A stretch of 63,249 bases of DNA, counting the filler, from Octopus bimaculoides (Eukaryota), in the NCBI RefSeq assembly GCF_001194135.2. It is 4 parts of 3 records of this genome, joined end to end, with 100 filler letters (N's around TTAATTAATTAA, not from the genome) between each part and the next. Parts side by side here need not be neighbours in the genome. Positions count along the whole stretch, not along the records: positions 25,265 to 42,638 come from NC_068983.1; 3 more parts are not named here. One strand, 5' to 3'. The notes beneath the pieces are model-generated. The model ran no database searches. It was given only the letters and a program-made list of their open reading frames with translations, and was not told where the DNA came from. Below, in pieces: positions 27,431 to 39,801 of this stretch; the first letter of the stretch is position 1, and each line of letters starts with the position of its first letter. Position numbers and translations under genes: made by a program.

Positions 27431-27935
27431 ACTGTCTCCTCTCTCTACTTTTCAGCTGCTGTAACAATAGCCTCTCTTTTCTCATCTCTTCTCTTCATTA
27501 TTCATATTGTATCTAGTTCCCACCTTCAGGGCCCCACATGTTCTTCTTTTCTAGAACTCATCCTATAGAATTTTCTTCATGTACATGTTTTTCCTGCTTT
27601 TGTCAACTTTCAAAATGTTCAAGAGGAATGTTAAAGTAATTGATTTCATTGAAATTAGTGGACATGGCTCTTTCTTTCAGACCAAACTAATAATTAAAAA
27701 AATGGTTCCTTCCACAAATATATGGCCTAGAGCAATGTGAAAAGCAAAATTAATAGTGTTAGATAAAAAATGTTTGTGTTATTAAACTACATCACCTAAT
27801 TTTCTGAGTTCAAATTCTATCGAGGTTAATTTTTTTCTCTTTCATCCTTCTGCAATAGATAAAATAAATAGCTGTCATATAGTACAGTTAGTTTAAAATG
27901 TCTAAGCATGATACCCACTGCAAAAAAAAAAAAGA

Positions 27936-27965
<30 letters not shown>

Positions 27966-27969
<4 letters not shown>

Positions 27970-28120
27970 TCATTATTTACATTATTTACATTTGACGGAT
28001 ATTTGTCCTCATCTTGTTTGTTGTTAACACAACGTTTCAGCTGATGCACCCTCCAGCCTTCGTCAGGTGTCTTGGTGAAATCTCGAATCTGGGTTCTCAT
28101 TCCTAAGGAAATATTCGATG

Positions 28121-28156
<36 letters not shown>

Positions 28157-28229
28157 TCACTGCCTAGAATTGAACTTGGAATCTTGGGGTTAGTAGCCTG
28201 CAGTCTTAACCACTATACCATATGCCCGC
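27966..28229 (-). mobile_element. Composite tRNA-head + (AAT)n + hammerhead element, copy with complete head
   Basis: A box TGGTATAGTGG (28210-28220), B box GTTCAATTC (28167-28175), then (AAT)n, then hammerhead module. Confidence 0.7.
28026..28071 (-). ncRNA. Minimal type I hammerhead ribozyme motif
   Basis: Minus strand GACAC-CTGACGA-A-GGCTG-GAGGGTGCAT-CAGCT-GAAAC-GTT-GTGTT: full catalytic core, stem I GACAC/GTGTT, stem II GGCTG/CAGCT, loopless palindromic stem III (AACGTT). Confidence 0.75.
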
Positions 28230-28234
28230 AGGCA

Positions 28235-28265
28235 ATTCCAGGCTTTGACCTGAATAATGATGATG

Positions 28266-28344
<79 letters not shown>

Positions 28345-28468
28345 CAACAACAACAACAAAAAATACTTTAGGAATGAGAACCCAGGTTCGAAATTTCCCC
28401 GAGACACCTGATGAAAGCTGGAGGGTATATCGACCGAAACGTGTTAACAACAAACAAGATGAGGACAA

Positions 28469-28471
<3 letters not shown>
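28235..28471 (+). mobile_element. Second, 5'-truncated inverted copy of the tRNA-head/hammerhead element
   Basis: Starts with head 3' end (TTCCAGGCTTTGACCTG-AATAAT), long (AAT)n, same TTAGGAATGAGAACCCAG...GATGAGGACAAAT body; CTGATGA 28408-28414, GAAAC 28436-28440; cleavage triplet deleted. Confidence 0.7.
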
Positions 28472-28496
<25 letters not shown>

Positions 28497-28499
<3 letters not shown>

Positions 28500-29230
28500 C
28501 ATTTAATGCTTGTTCTCCATGCTGGCATGGGTTGGACAGTTTGACAGGAGCAGGCCAGGGTTCCATTTTGTCTGTTTTGGCATGATTACTATGACTGGAT
28601 ACCCTTCCTAATGCCAACCACTTCATAGAGTGTACTGGGTGCTTTTAACATAGCAATGGCACAGATGTTGTTACACGGCACTGGCACAGACACTGTTACG
28701 TGGCATTGGCACAGGTGCTTTTATATGTCACCAGCATGGAGGGTTTTTACAAGGCACCAGCACCCATGAGCCTGCAAAACTTGGACCTCATAACTGAGAG
28801 AGGGATGTAGAGGACATGCTTGTATGTATGGACAATCATGATTTTACTTAGCTTGATGTGTTTTTCAAGCACAGCAAACCACCAGAGGACTCAGTCCTTT
28901 GTCATCTCCTCAGTGAAGCCCAAAGTCTGAAGGTCAATTCTCACCATTTCATTCCACATCTTTTTGGGTCTATCCCTTCCACACTTTCCTTCCTCAATGA
29001 GACATCAGCACTTCTTGATGCAGCTGTCCACTATCTATACACATCATATGACTATACCAGCACTGTCTGCTCTCTTCCATATGACATCTGATGCCTCATA
29101 TACCCAACTTTTCTCTCAAATCACTTACACTCTGTTGTACATGCACACTGACATAACCCATCCCGTAGAGCTTGCTGGTTTCATTTCTTTCCAGCTTTTG
29201 CATGTTTTTATGACACCCTCTTGCAGACTA
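28497..29230 (-). mobile_element. Degraded RTE LINE 3' end (ORF C-terminus + UTR)
   Basis: Frameshifted LREKLG...RPKK.W.E.VR.DL..L..TEEM motifs; UTR similar to 50400-50765 and 58136-58660. Confidence 0.8.
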
Positions 29231-29400
29231 CCTCGTCGACAAATGACAGGGACCCTCTCTTTGTGGCTGGTGACTTCAATGGGTTTGTTGGACAATATGC
29301 AGGGGGCTTCCATGGCGTACATGGAGGCTATGGTTTTGGTCCTGCAATGAGGAGGGAACCAGGCTGCTGGAGTTCTGTGATGCAAATGATCTTATGGTTT
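29225..29400 (+). mobile_element. RTE apurinic-endonuclease fragment, inverted relative to the adjacent RTE 3' end
   Basis: AGDFNGFVG...GVHGGYGFG, then frameshifted EGTRLLEFCDANDLMV. Confidence 0.8.
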
Positions 29401-30148
29401 GTTAGATGGAAGCTGTGTGGAAGCCCTTTGTATGTATATGTGTGTGTGTGTGTGTTTATGTATGTATGTATGTGTATGTCTTTGTGTTTATCCCTCTACC
29501 TTTTGACAACCAGTGCTGGTTTGTTTACATTCCTGTAACAGTCATTTTGGCAAAAGAGACCAATAGAATAAATACCAGACTTAAAACTAAGTACTAGGGT
29601 GGCTTTGTTAGACTAAATTCTTCGAGGTGGTGCCTCAGCATGGTCGCAGTCCAGTAACTGAAACAAGTAATGGATAAATGATAAAAGATAAATGATGTGA
29701 CTTTGTGCCAATATCAAATATTATTACTGTATATATTTGTGGATAAGTTGCACCATTGGATAGATCACACCCTTAGTTTGGGGTTGTCAAAGTAGGTATT
29801 TGCAGTTGAGTCGCAGACAGGTCACACCATAATCTGGGGAGTTAAAATGACCCCTTTATAACGTAAATTTAACTAGTATTTGTTAAACGTTATCAAATAT
29901 TCACCTTTATTTCAAAACTGAGCTTACAAATATTTAAACATTTTTGCAGAAGTGGCTTTATGGAAGTAGTCTAATTGATAAATCAACTTGATTATTGATA
30001 TGCAGCTGTCAATTTCAGATCCCTCTTCTGTCAAGTGAATAAGTTGCACCCGATTTTTATCGAAATTTTTGGTATAAAAAAGTACAACCTATCTATGATT
30101 ATATACGGTAGTTAACTCTATGAATCTTTTTCTTTTTTTGTGTTTCAG

Positions 30149-30308
30149 TGCATTCTATGAAATGGGGAAATCTAAATTTGAAGCAAGTAATACCAATGAT
30201 TCCTTCATTGTAAGCCTGAATGAAGAAAATCTACTGACTCACATCAACTTGTGTGATGGTGATGCTGCCTCGTACATGGGGCTTTTATATGAAGGAGAAT
30301 GTTTAGCA
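30149..30308 (+). CDS. Uncharacterised gene, exon b (AFYEMGKSKFEAS...MGLLYEGECLA)
   Basis: TTTTTGTGTTTCAG acceptor, GTAAGT donor, 160 bp, phase 2 to 0, no stops. Confidence 0.82.
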
Positions 30309-31391
30309 GTAAGTTTGATTTTGGGTGGGGGGGTTTCCACTCACTTTTTTGTATTGCAATGGTCATTGTTGTTGTTATTTGCCACTAGATTAGCCATGTT
30401 GGAGCAGCCATAAGACAAAAGGCCACCTGTGACCATCCATCTTTTTAAGGCATATTATGAAGACTTGTACTATCTAAAGTGTCATTCAAGATGAACTGTT
30501 AGTACACCAGACAAAATGTGCTTAGTAGCACTACTTCTGGTCCTCCTGAGCCTAAATTCTACAGAGGCTGACTTTGTCATTTGTCCTTTCAGGATCAATA
30601 AAATAAGTACCAGTTGAGCACTGAGGTTGAGGTAATTGACTAGCACACACCCTCCCCCCCCTCTCTCTCTCGCACAGATTTCAATCATTGTACCTATAGC
30701 AGAAAGTAGAAAGAATTATCTTAAGTGCCTTTGCCTTATTTGGTACAGTGTGACTTGAGGGAAATTTAGCTACTATTTATGGCAGGTCAAGCAACCAGAT
30801 TATGGTTTGCTTCATTAGTTCAGTATTGCATTGGTGGTTTCCACCCAGAAGAGATGAAATGCAGTCTTTCATCTCTTCTGGGTCCTTAAAATAAAAAAAT
30901 AATATTATACGTGTCACCTTGTGCCAAAGTAAGAAAAACATTGTTAAAGGGAAAAGTGCCTTATTGCTTTTAGTTTTGCTCCTTTATATTCTGACTTCAA
31001 ACCCTATTAGTGTCAACTTTGCATTTTTATACCTGTTGGTTCCTTAACCTTTTACCTGTGAAATCCAATTTCATGGTTATTCCAGCAATGATGTTAGATA
31101 TCTACCAAAAGATAGAATTTGTATTTTCTGCAAGTCACATTGCCTCAATAAACTTGACATGTCTCAACAAAAGTTTCGAACTGGGCATTTATCAAAAAAA
31201 GATTGGTATATAAAACTGCTTTCTGCTATTAAGAGTAATGAAATTTTGAGTGGATATATCTGACTTCTGCAAGAAAAGGGTTAAAATATGTACCAGTAAT
31301 GTGTCAAGAGATTATCTAATAGATTATAACTAATCCTTTTAAATTTGTGGCTCTGCATCAATATAAGAGATCATTGTCAGAATTATTTTAA

Positions 31392-31610
31392 CCCTTTAGC
31401 ATTTAAACCAGCCATATCCAGCTCAAATATTCCATCTGTTTTATGTCCAAACTGACCACATCTGGCCTCTCACAGCTACCCTACAACATCATTTGAAAAT
31501 AAATGATCACATCCTGGAAATTTTGAAGCTGTGTGATGATGCATGATTAATTCAAAACAATGTGGATAAATAAGCATTACATTTAACAGAATAATCTGAA
31601 TACTATAGAG
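31392..31610. mobile_element. piggyBac-like MITE family 1 (TTAA|CCCTTTAGC...GCTAAAGGG|TTAA)
   Basis: TTAA flanks; further copies 35616-35821 (opposite orientation) and 44366-44585. Confidence 0.78.
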
Positions 31611-32522
31611 TTAAGGTGGTGAGCCAACAGAATCATTACCATACCAGATAAATGCTTAGAGGCATTTTGTCCATCTTTATGTTCAAAACCTGCAACGGTC
31701 AACTTCGCCTTTTATCCTTTCAAGGTCAATGAAATAAGTTACCAGTTGATCACTGGGGTCAATGTAATCGACTAGCCCCTTCACCTTGTGCCTAAAGTAG
31801 AAAACATTATTTTGAATTATTTGAACAGCAAACAAAATGTCACATCGTATTTTTTCTGGCTCATGTTTTAAGATGAAGTCTCAATGAGGTCATCTTTGCC
31901 TTTCATCCTTCTTCAGTTGATAAAATGTTGTATCAGTTAAGTACTGAGGTGATGTCACTGACTAACCACATCGTCATCATCATCATTGTTTAACATCCGC
32001 TTTCCATGCTGGCATGGGTTGGACGGTTTGGCTGAGGGCTGACGAGCCAGAAGGCTGCACCAGTCTCCAATCTGATGTGGCAAAGTTTCTACAGCTGGAT
32101 GCCCTTCCTAGCACCAATCACTCCGAGAGTGTAGTGGGTGCTTTTACGTGCCACTGGCAGGAGGGCTAATCAGGCGGTACTGGTATCAGTCACAGTTTTG
32201 TTCCTATATTAGAAACATTTTTTATAGTAGCAGTAGTAGTAGTGGTGGTGGTGGCGGCAGTGGTGGCGGTGGTGGTGGCGGCAGTGGTGGCGGCGGCAGC
32301 AGCAGCAGCAACACCTACACTGAGCCAGATGATGTCAGGCTACCAAGAGTTTGTTAGTGTTTTAGAACAGGAAAATTCAGTTTCTTCTTCCTCGGTTGTT
32401 CACATCTGTGCATACATTTTCCAGATGTTTGCACATGTGTGTATGTGTGTGTGTTTGTTTGTGCATGCATGTGTTTGTGTGTAAATTTAAGTCACAATAT
32501 ATGGAGTCAAGTAATGTATATG

Positions 32523-32566
<44 letters not shown>

Positions 32567-32867
32567 TTATATATATGATCATCATCATCATCGTTTAACG
32601 TCTGTTTTCCGTGCTGGCATGGGTTGGACAGTTTGGCTGTTGTCTGGGAAGTCAGGAGGCTGCACCAGGCCCCAATCTGATCTGGCAGTGTTTCTACAGC
32701 TGGATGCCTTTCCTAACGCCAACCACTCCAAGAGTGTAGTGGGTACTTTTTACATGCTACTGGCACAGGGGCCAGAGAAGCTGGCATCGACCATGATCGG
32801 ATGGTGCTTTTCACATGCCACCGGCACGGAAGCTAGTCAAGGCAGCACTGGCATCGGTCACATTCAG

Positions 32868-33409
32868 AAGGGCGCAGTGAATAAACTGTCGTCTAAATTA
32901 TGCAAAAATGGAAATAACACTGACATCTCATTTTAACAGATATATTTACCAAAATTACATAAAAATATTATTCAATAAAATTGCCATTGGCTTCAACCAG
33001 GCCTCCAGACGACTTCAAAATCTCCTGCAACTCTTTTGGGTAGTCTCCTTGTTTAAGTTGGTGAATGAAAGCATAATGTCACCATCACTAGTGATCACTC
33101 CAAACACCATGATGTTAACTGGATGTTTGATTTTATCACTCTCGGTACATGCTATCAGATTGTGCTGTCCCCAGATTGACACCCAAATACTCTGAAGTGT
33201 TTGTATTGGAGCTTCCAGCATGAATGCCAAGGAATACAGCATGTTGTTTCCAAATTTCTGGCAGAGTGAATTGTCATGGTGCTGTGTTTTTTTTTTCATA
33301 GATGGTGCCCAACTGACCCTACTATACTGAGTAGTACACAAAATCAAAAACAATGCTTATGTCCAAAATTAAAAATATATAATGGTGACAATTTACCCAT
33401 CACACCCTG
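32868..33409 (-). mobile_element. Internally deleted copy of the same Tc1/mariner family
   Basis: TA|CAGGGTGTGATGGGTAAATTGTCACC terminus; body matches 24602-24840; HPVNIMVFGVITSDG catalytic remnant; degenerate opposite TIR. Confidence 0.75.
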
Positions 33410-33434
33410 TATGTATGTGTGTGAGTGTGTGTGC

Positions 33435-33482
<48 letters not shown>

Positions 33483-33879
33483 CTATATATATTTATATAT
33501 ATATATAATACGTATATATATATGTGTGTATATATGTGTGTGTGTACTTATTTATGTGCGTGTGTATGTCTGTACATATATGCATGTATGTGTGTGCATA
33601 GACATATGTTGCCCCATCTATTCACATCTGTAAAATACTTCCTCAGCTCTTATTTTGCCCAGCCACTCACTTTCTTCTAATTAACTTGCTGACTTGTCTG
33701 TCAACTCCAGTCATTTCTCCAAACAACTAATCACAAGTGACATTATTCACATGTAATACTTTCTTCCCATCTCAGATATACCCAAAGTATGCTGTGGCCA
33801 TTTCTCAGTTTCTCTTGACTTGTCTAAACACTTTCTCATAAGCACAGGACATATCAATGATTCAAATTTTCTTTGAGAA

Positions 33880-34303
33880 GAGTGGCTGTGTGGTAAGTAG
33901 CTTGCCTACCAACCACATGGTCCCGGGTTCAGTCCCACTGCGTGGCACCTTCGGCAAGTGTCTTCTACTATAGCCTCGGGCCGACCAAAGCCTTGTGAGT
34001 GGATTTGGTAGACGGAAACTGAAAGAAGCCCGTCGTATATATGTATATATATATATATATATATGTGTTTGTGTGTCTGTGTTTGTCTCCCCAACATCGC
34101 TTGACAACCGATGTTGGTGTGTTTATGTCCCCGTAACTTAGCGGTTCGGCAAAAGAAACCAATAGAATAAGTACTAGGCTTGTAAAGAATAAGTCCTGGG
34201 GTCGATTTGCTCGACTAAAGGCGGTGCTCCAGCATGGCCACAGTCAAAAGACTGAAACAAGTAAAAGAGTAAAAGAGTAAAAGAGTAAAAGAGTAAAAGA
34301 GTA
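33880..34303 (+). mobile_element. tRNA-derived SINE family A, full-length copy
   Basis: tRNA-like head (GGTTCAGTCCC), internal (TA/TG)n, conserved 3' half, (GAGTAAAA)n tail. Related copies at ~13472-13945, 18800-19050(-), 20374-20800, 25021-25160(-), 26335-26560, 29400-29690, 38737-38950, 39570-39690, 42373-42525, 54625-54965(-). Confidence 0.88.
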
Positions 34304-34921
34304 ACTAAATTTTTCTGGCAGAAGGGAAGTTATGTGTTTGCTATTTGAAATTCCAGTTCCATATTTTCCCACTTGTCTTTTCCTTCAGAGTAGTCTACTA
34401 TTCATTGATTTTTAAAGGAAATAGATTTGTTTCAACTAAGACTTCATCCTTTTTTGGATCAAGTGATTTGTATTTTTGAGTGCAGTTCCAAACATACCAC
34501 CTTCACCATGCTTCTCTTACACAGCAGATATGCAAATGTTTTGAATGTCTAGCATGCTCCTATATCATGCTCAGCTTGTGCTACAATGCAATTTACTACT
34601 CCTAATTGAGAGTGGATTTTCTAGTACACTTTCAGCCCATCTATAAATTGACAATGTATTTTTTTGGATATTTCATGCTCCAAGTTTTAGTTAGCCTCAG
34701 ACGATAGTAGAAGATGCTTGCACAAGGTACCATTTGTGGGACTGAACCCAGAACCATATAGTTGAGAAGGAAACTTCTTACTACATAGCCACACCTGTGC
34801 CAACTATTAGAAACTGTAATTGGCTGAACCTTCTCCTATTACCAAAACGATTGTGTTGCCATGTGCCATTGATAGAAACTGTCATTATTAACCTTTCTGG
34901 TATTGTTTTTATGATTATTAG

Positions 34922-35230
34922 GTGGAAATTGGTAATATGATAACATTCAACCAAAGTACCTACATCAGAGCTTTCGTGGAGAATTACAGAACAGGTATCG
35001 ATGAACTGACTGTTGACTGGCGACCTTTTGAAGGCTTCACACATTACTATAAACAGGTTTATTACCTGCAGACACGTAGTTACGGTACCTATGAATTAAT
35101 TATTGCTCAGATGACATTTGAAAACAACATCCAGAGAAATGCTGCACAAAACCTTGGATTAACACCACCATTATTGTCTGACCAAATGGAAGTCATAAAT
35201 GAAGCTGTTGGCACACCACAGCACATTCGG
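34922..35230 (+). CDS. Uncharacterised gene, exon c (VEIGNMITFNQSTY...EAVGTPQHIR)
   Basis: AG acceptor, GTAAGT donor, 309 bp = 103 codons open, phase 0-0, globular composition. Confidence 0.88.
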
Positions 35231-36643
35231 GTAAGTATATGTTACACATAGTTATGTCTTGTGTTTGTGTATATGTGTATGTGTGTATGAACATCTCTGT
35301 ATAACTGCATGCATAGGTACTTGTGTATGAGTACATATATATGTATGTGTGTGCAAATGGGTTCATGTGTATGTGTGCTTCTGTGAGAATGCTTGTATAT
35401 CTTTGTATCGCAGTGAGTTTATCTGCATGTCGGTGTGTGTGTGTGTAATGTTTTTTAAATAGTCAGAAAAGTAGAGACTGTGTGCATAGTTTGCTTAAGA
35501 AGAAATGGATAACGTCTATTTACTAACTCTTTCATGACACCAAAAACTGTGTCTGAATTCTATGGTACCACATTCTGGGCAACAACAGCTATTTCCTCCT
35601 ATAGTTTTTCTTTAACCCTTTAGCATTCAGATTACTCTGTCAAATGTCATGCTTATGTATTCACATCATTTTAAATTTCATAGAGTTGAGATTTTGATGA
35701 TGTGATTGTTTATTTGTAAAAGGATACTACAGGTTAGTTGTGAAAGGCCAGATCTGGCCAGTTTCAGCATAAAACAGGTTGAATATTTGGGCTGGGTATG
35801 GCTGGTTTAAATGCTAAAAGGTTAAAATTGTAGCTAAGACTTTATAGGATTAAAATCACAGTATTTTTTAATTCTGAGATTGGTGTGGCTTGTGTTGAAC
35901 TTCAACTTCTGTGAGTGAAAGATTGATGTTTGTTCAGAAAACACAGCAAGAAATGGAATTCTAGAGTGTTACAATCTGGGGAGGAATGATTGTGAAAGGA
36001 TATAGTGCAGGATTTCAGGAGAATTATGATAGATTAGAGATGACAAGTAGAGAAGAGATGTGTTCATCAGTGGCACCGTGGGTAAGAGAATTACTACCAT
36101 TATTTTGGTTAAAAAACAGTTCCTATTCAAAAAGTAAGGACAAATATTGATTTCAAATTTTGGCACAAGGCCAACAATTTCAGGAGAGGGAGTCAAGTCA
36201 ATTACATTGACCCCAGTATTAAACTGGTATTTATTTGATCAATCCCAAAAGAACGAAAGGTAAAGTCAACCCTGGCAAAATTTGAACTAAAGACATAAAG
36301 ATGAATGAAATGCCTCAAAGCATTTTGCCTGGCATGCTAACAATTCTGCCAGCTCACCACCTTAGCAAGGACAAATATTGCAAAGTATTTTGTCTGAAAC
36401 GTAATGATTCCACCACTCTACCATCCATTTTGCCAAAATAATAATCTAGTACAAGGGAACCTTATTCTTATAATTCTAGAAGCTGTTCTAAAATCTGAAG
36501 ACTCTTCATGTAAAAGAACCGACCTCTAAATTTAAAATTAGGAGATAATTTAGAGGGTAAAAGAGAAGTAAAAAATTTATCTTAACCTTGGAAAAAAAGA
36601 ATTCTTCATTTCCCTCAAAAAGTTCTGCCTAGAATTGTTTTAA

Positions 36644-36880
36644 CCCTTTTGATACCAACCTGTCTGAGACTGTCCTTAGTTCTATGATACAAATTTCCCA
36701 TTTGAAAGTGATCTAATTTAAAAGTCTACCATCAAAATTTCTTGTTAATTTGTTCCAAACACCAGCTTAATAATGACAAAGTTATTTTAATAAATTCTTC
36801 ATTTTAGTTTCTTAATTAATAGAAACAAAGTCAGTATATTTCAATATAAATATTGTAACAAAATGCAGGACTAGAGGGTT
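36644..36880. mobile_element. piggyBac-like MITE family 2 (TTAA|CCCTTTTGATACC...)
   Basis: Shares body with 61711-62190 and 62331-63063. Confidence 0.65.
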
Positions 36881-38012
36881 TACTGAAGTTTTAAATAAGG
36901 ACTATAGACACCATCCTACCTGGATTTAAAAAAATTCTGATGTAATATTCTTTTACTGGTTTCACTCATTAGACTGTGACCGTGTTGGGGTGCTGGTTTT
37001 AATCAAGCATATCAGTCATTCCTCATTTCTGACTTGACAAACCAACAAGGATGCTTCTATGTAATTACTCAACCAGCTAAAAATCATATGACCTTCAGTA
37101 CTTGATCAAGCTCTGCCATTTAATGGCATCTATTCATCGAATGGTCAAGTTTTTTTTAACCTTAAGGCCATGCCTGCACCCATATGTTTAACACTTTCCA
37201 AAAATATATTGATCGAGAGTAATGTGTCAGTGTTTAGTGTTTTGAATGCCCAGTGTTCCAAGAAGGTTTTATCATTATGTCTAAAGATGGAATGTATTCA
37301 GGAAAATTTAGCTACCATTACTAGTAGGTTGAGCAACCATGAAATGACTCTTGTGTTAGTTTGTTATATCTGAAATAATGATTAATGGCAGAATTGGTTA
37401 AGAGTTGGAGTGAATACTTAGTGGTATTTACTTACATCTTTTTATATTTGATTTCAGATCTCACCAGGGTCATCTTTACCTCTCATCTTTCCAGGTTTGG
37501 TCAGTAAAATAAGCACCAGGATATGTAGTAGGGATTGATTTATTCAACTGTGTAACTTTACTTTTAGCTCAAATTTTTGAGCTTTTAGTAAAGTTACAAA
37601 TCATCATTATATCTGAAGAAAATCATTTCACAGAGAGAAAGTACAGAATCAATGATTAGCAATTATACAGTTCATTTCGTGTTTTCGTTATTAAAAATTT
37701 GGATATTTTTAACCAATCTCTTGGAGTGTGATAGAGAGCAACCTGTGTACATGGTTGGTACCTACTCTCAGAAATTTAATTTTAATTATGATTCTACCTC
37801 TAGGAAACAAACAAGTGTCACAGTTTTAATCATTCAGTCATACAAACTGGACATCATTCGCTCAGCACTGTAACTCCTACAAGACAATTACCTGGATCAT
37901 GAAGGATTACACAGTCTGTAAATGCTTCCACCATGAATTGTACAGTCTGTAAATTGCAGCTGACACTTTTAATTTTTTTCCATAATAAAGTGAAAATATC
38001 CAGTTGCTTAAT

Positions 38013-38112
<100 letters not shown>

Positions 38113-38391
38113 CACTCATCTTGTATGAATGATCTATGTATTGTATATTCTGTGATTGATATTATGAATGTCTATGATTGTATTATCTTTTGGGGGCATA
38201 TGTACAATTTTTCTCTCTCTCTTTCTCTCTCTCTCTCTCATACATACACACACACACACTCTCTCTCTCTCACACACACACACACATGCACACACACATG
38301 CACGCATCACATACAGATTTCAACAAGCAATCAGTTCAAGTTTCAAAATCACAGCAGTTTCTTCATACATTTTGTATTTTATAATTTATAG

Positions 38392-38581
38392 CTCATTAGA
38401 GTTTCCACAGCAGAATATATCAAAGAAATCAAGGATTATAATGCTGAAAATTTCCCTGAGGCTCTCTACCAAATCAGAAGTTATGAAAATGATGTTCGAC
38501 GAATGAGAAAAATGGTTAAAGAAGATAAAAGCAAACATCATCTGGAGTATGAATTCCACCCTTTTGCAAATGCTGTCCCAG
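38392..38581 (+). CDS. Uncharacterised gene, exon d (LIRVSTAEYIKEIKDY...EFHPFANAVP)
   Basis: TAG acceptor, G|GTAAC donor, 190 bp open in phase 0, matching exon c. Confidence 0.78.
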
Positions 38582-39042
38582 GTAACAATTCAATTTTTTT
38601 GTCATATGCAAAAGACCTTCATTGAGAATAACAACACAATGACTGTTATTTTAAGGTTAAAACAAAAAACAAGATGACCTTAATTTCAGTTGTTATATTT
38701 AAAATGAATGCATGTATGTGTGTTTATAAATTGTACAGAAGTGGCTGTGAGGTAAACCACATGATTTTGGGTTGAATCCCACTGCATGGTACCTTGAGCA
38801 AGTATCCCCTGCCATAGCCTCAAGCCAACCAAAACCTTGTGAGTGAATTTGATGGACAGAAACTAGAAGCCCATCGTATACATGTGTATGTTTGTCCCAC
38901 ACCACAGCTTGACAACCGGTGTTAGTGTTTGGCAAAACAGACTGAAAAAATAAAAAGGAAAAAGATATACCTACATATATATACATTTGTGTGTGTGTGT
39001 GTGTATATGTATATATACATGTATGTGTGTGTGTGTATATAT

Positions 39043-39478
39043 ATCATCATCATCATCATCCTTTAACGTCCACTTTCCATTCTAGCATGGGTTGGACAAT
39101 TTGACTTAGGACTGGTGAAACCAGATGGCTACACCAGGCTCCAATCTGATTTGGCAAAGTTTCTACAGCTGGATGCCCTTCCTAATGCCAACCACTCCGA
39201 GTGTGTAGTGGGTGCTTTTACGTGCCACCTGCACGAAGGCCAGTCAGGCGGTACTGGCAACGGCCATGCTCAAAATGGTGTATTTTACGTGCCACCTGCA
39301 CAAGAGCCAGTCCACGGGCACTGGCAACGATCTCGCTCAAAAGTCCTTACATATGCCGCGGGCACAAGTGCCAGAAAGGCGACGCTGGGCACAGATGCCA
39401 TCACGATTTTACTTTCGCTTGCCCCAACAGGTCTTCGCAAGCAGAGTTTCATGTCCAATGAAGGAGACGACGTTGGCA
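39043..39478 (-). mobile_element. RTE 3'-UTR-only copy
   Basis: (CAT)n tail + CTGGATGCCCTTCCTAATGCCAACC; reverse complement of 58270-58660. Other copies ~31972-32190, 32577-32865, 51012-51580 (-) and 50400-50765, 62392-62808 (+). Confidence 0.88.
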
Positions 39479-39801
39479 TATATATATATATATATATGCA
39501 AACTTGTTAATCATACAGCCTATGACATTGCCATCTGGATAAAAAAAAACTTGCTTCCCAACTATATAGTCTCATGTTCAGTTCTACTGCACAGCACCTT
39601 GAGAAATTGGGCAAGTGTTTTCTACTTAGCCTGGACTGACCAGGGTCTTGTGAATAGATTTAGTAGACAGTAATTGAATGAAGGCCAACAAATATTTATA
39701 TATAGGGCTGAGAGTTTTGTGTGTTAGCATTTATCAAACTAGTTATTGGTGGAAAAGCTGTAGGTTTATATAGCTGGTGAGAATTACATTTTCCTTTGGA
39801 T

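Noticed and set aside
28152-28229. Functional tRNA gene
   Set aside because: A/B boxes are present but I could not form a proper acceptor stem or cloverleaf; it is an element head. The same applies to all SINE heads.
32222-32357. Gly/Ser-rich ORF as a cephalopod structural-protein exon
   Set aside because: GGT/GGC/AGC microsatellite without convincing splice sites; exons b and c already join in phase without it.
34922-35251. Stand-alone single-exon 109-aa ORF
   Set aside because: Begins at an AG acceptor (GTG start) and has a GTAAGT donor at 35231; it is an internal exon.
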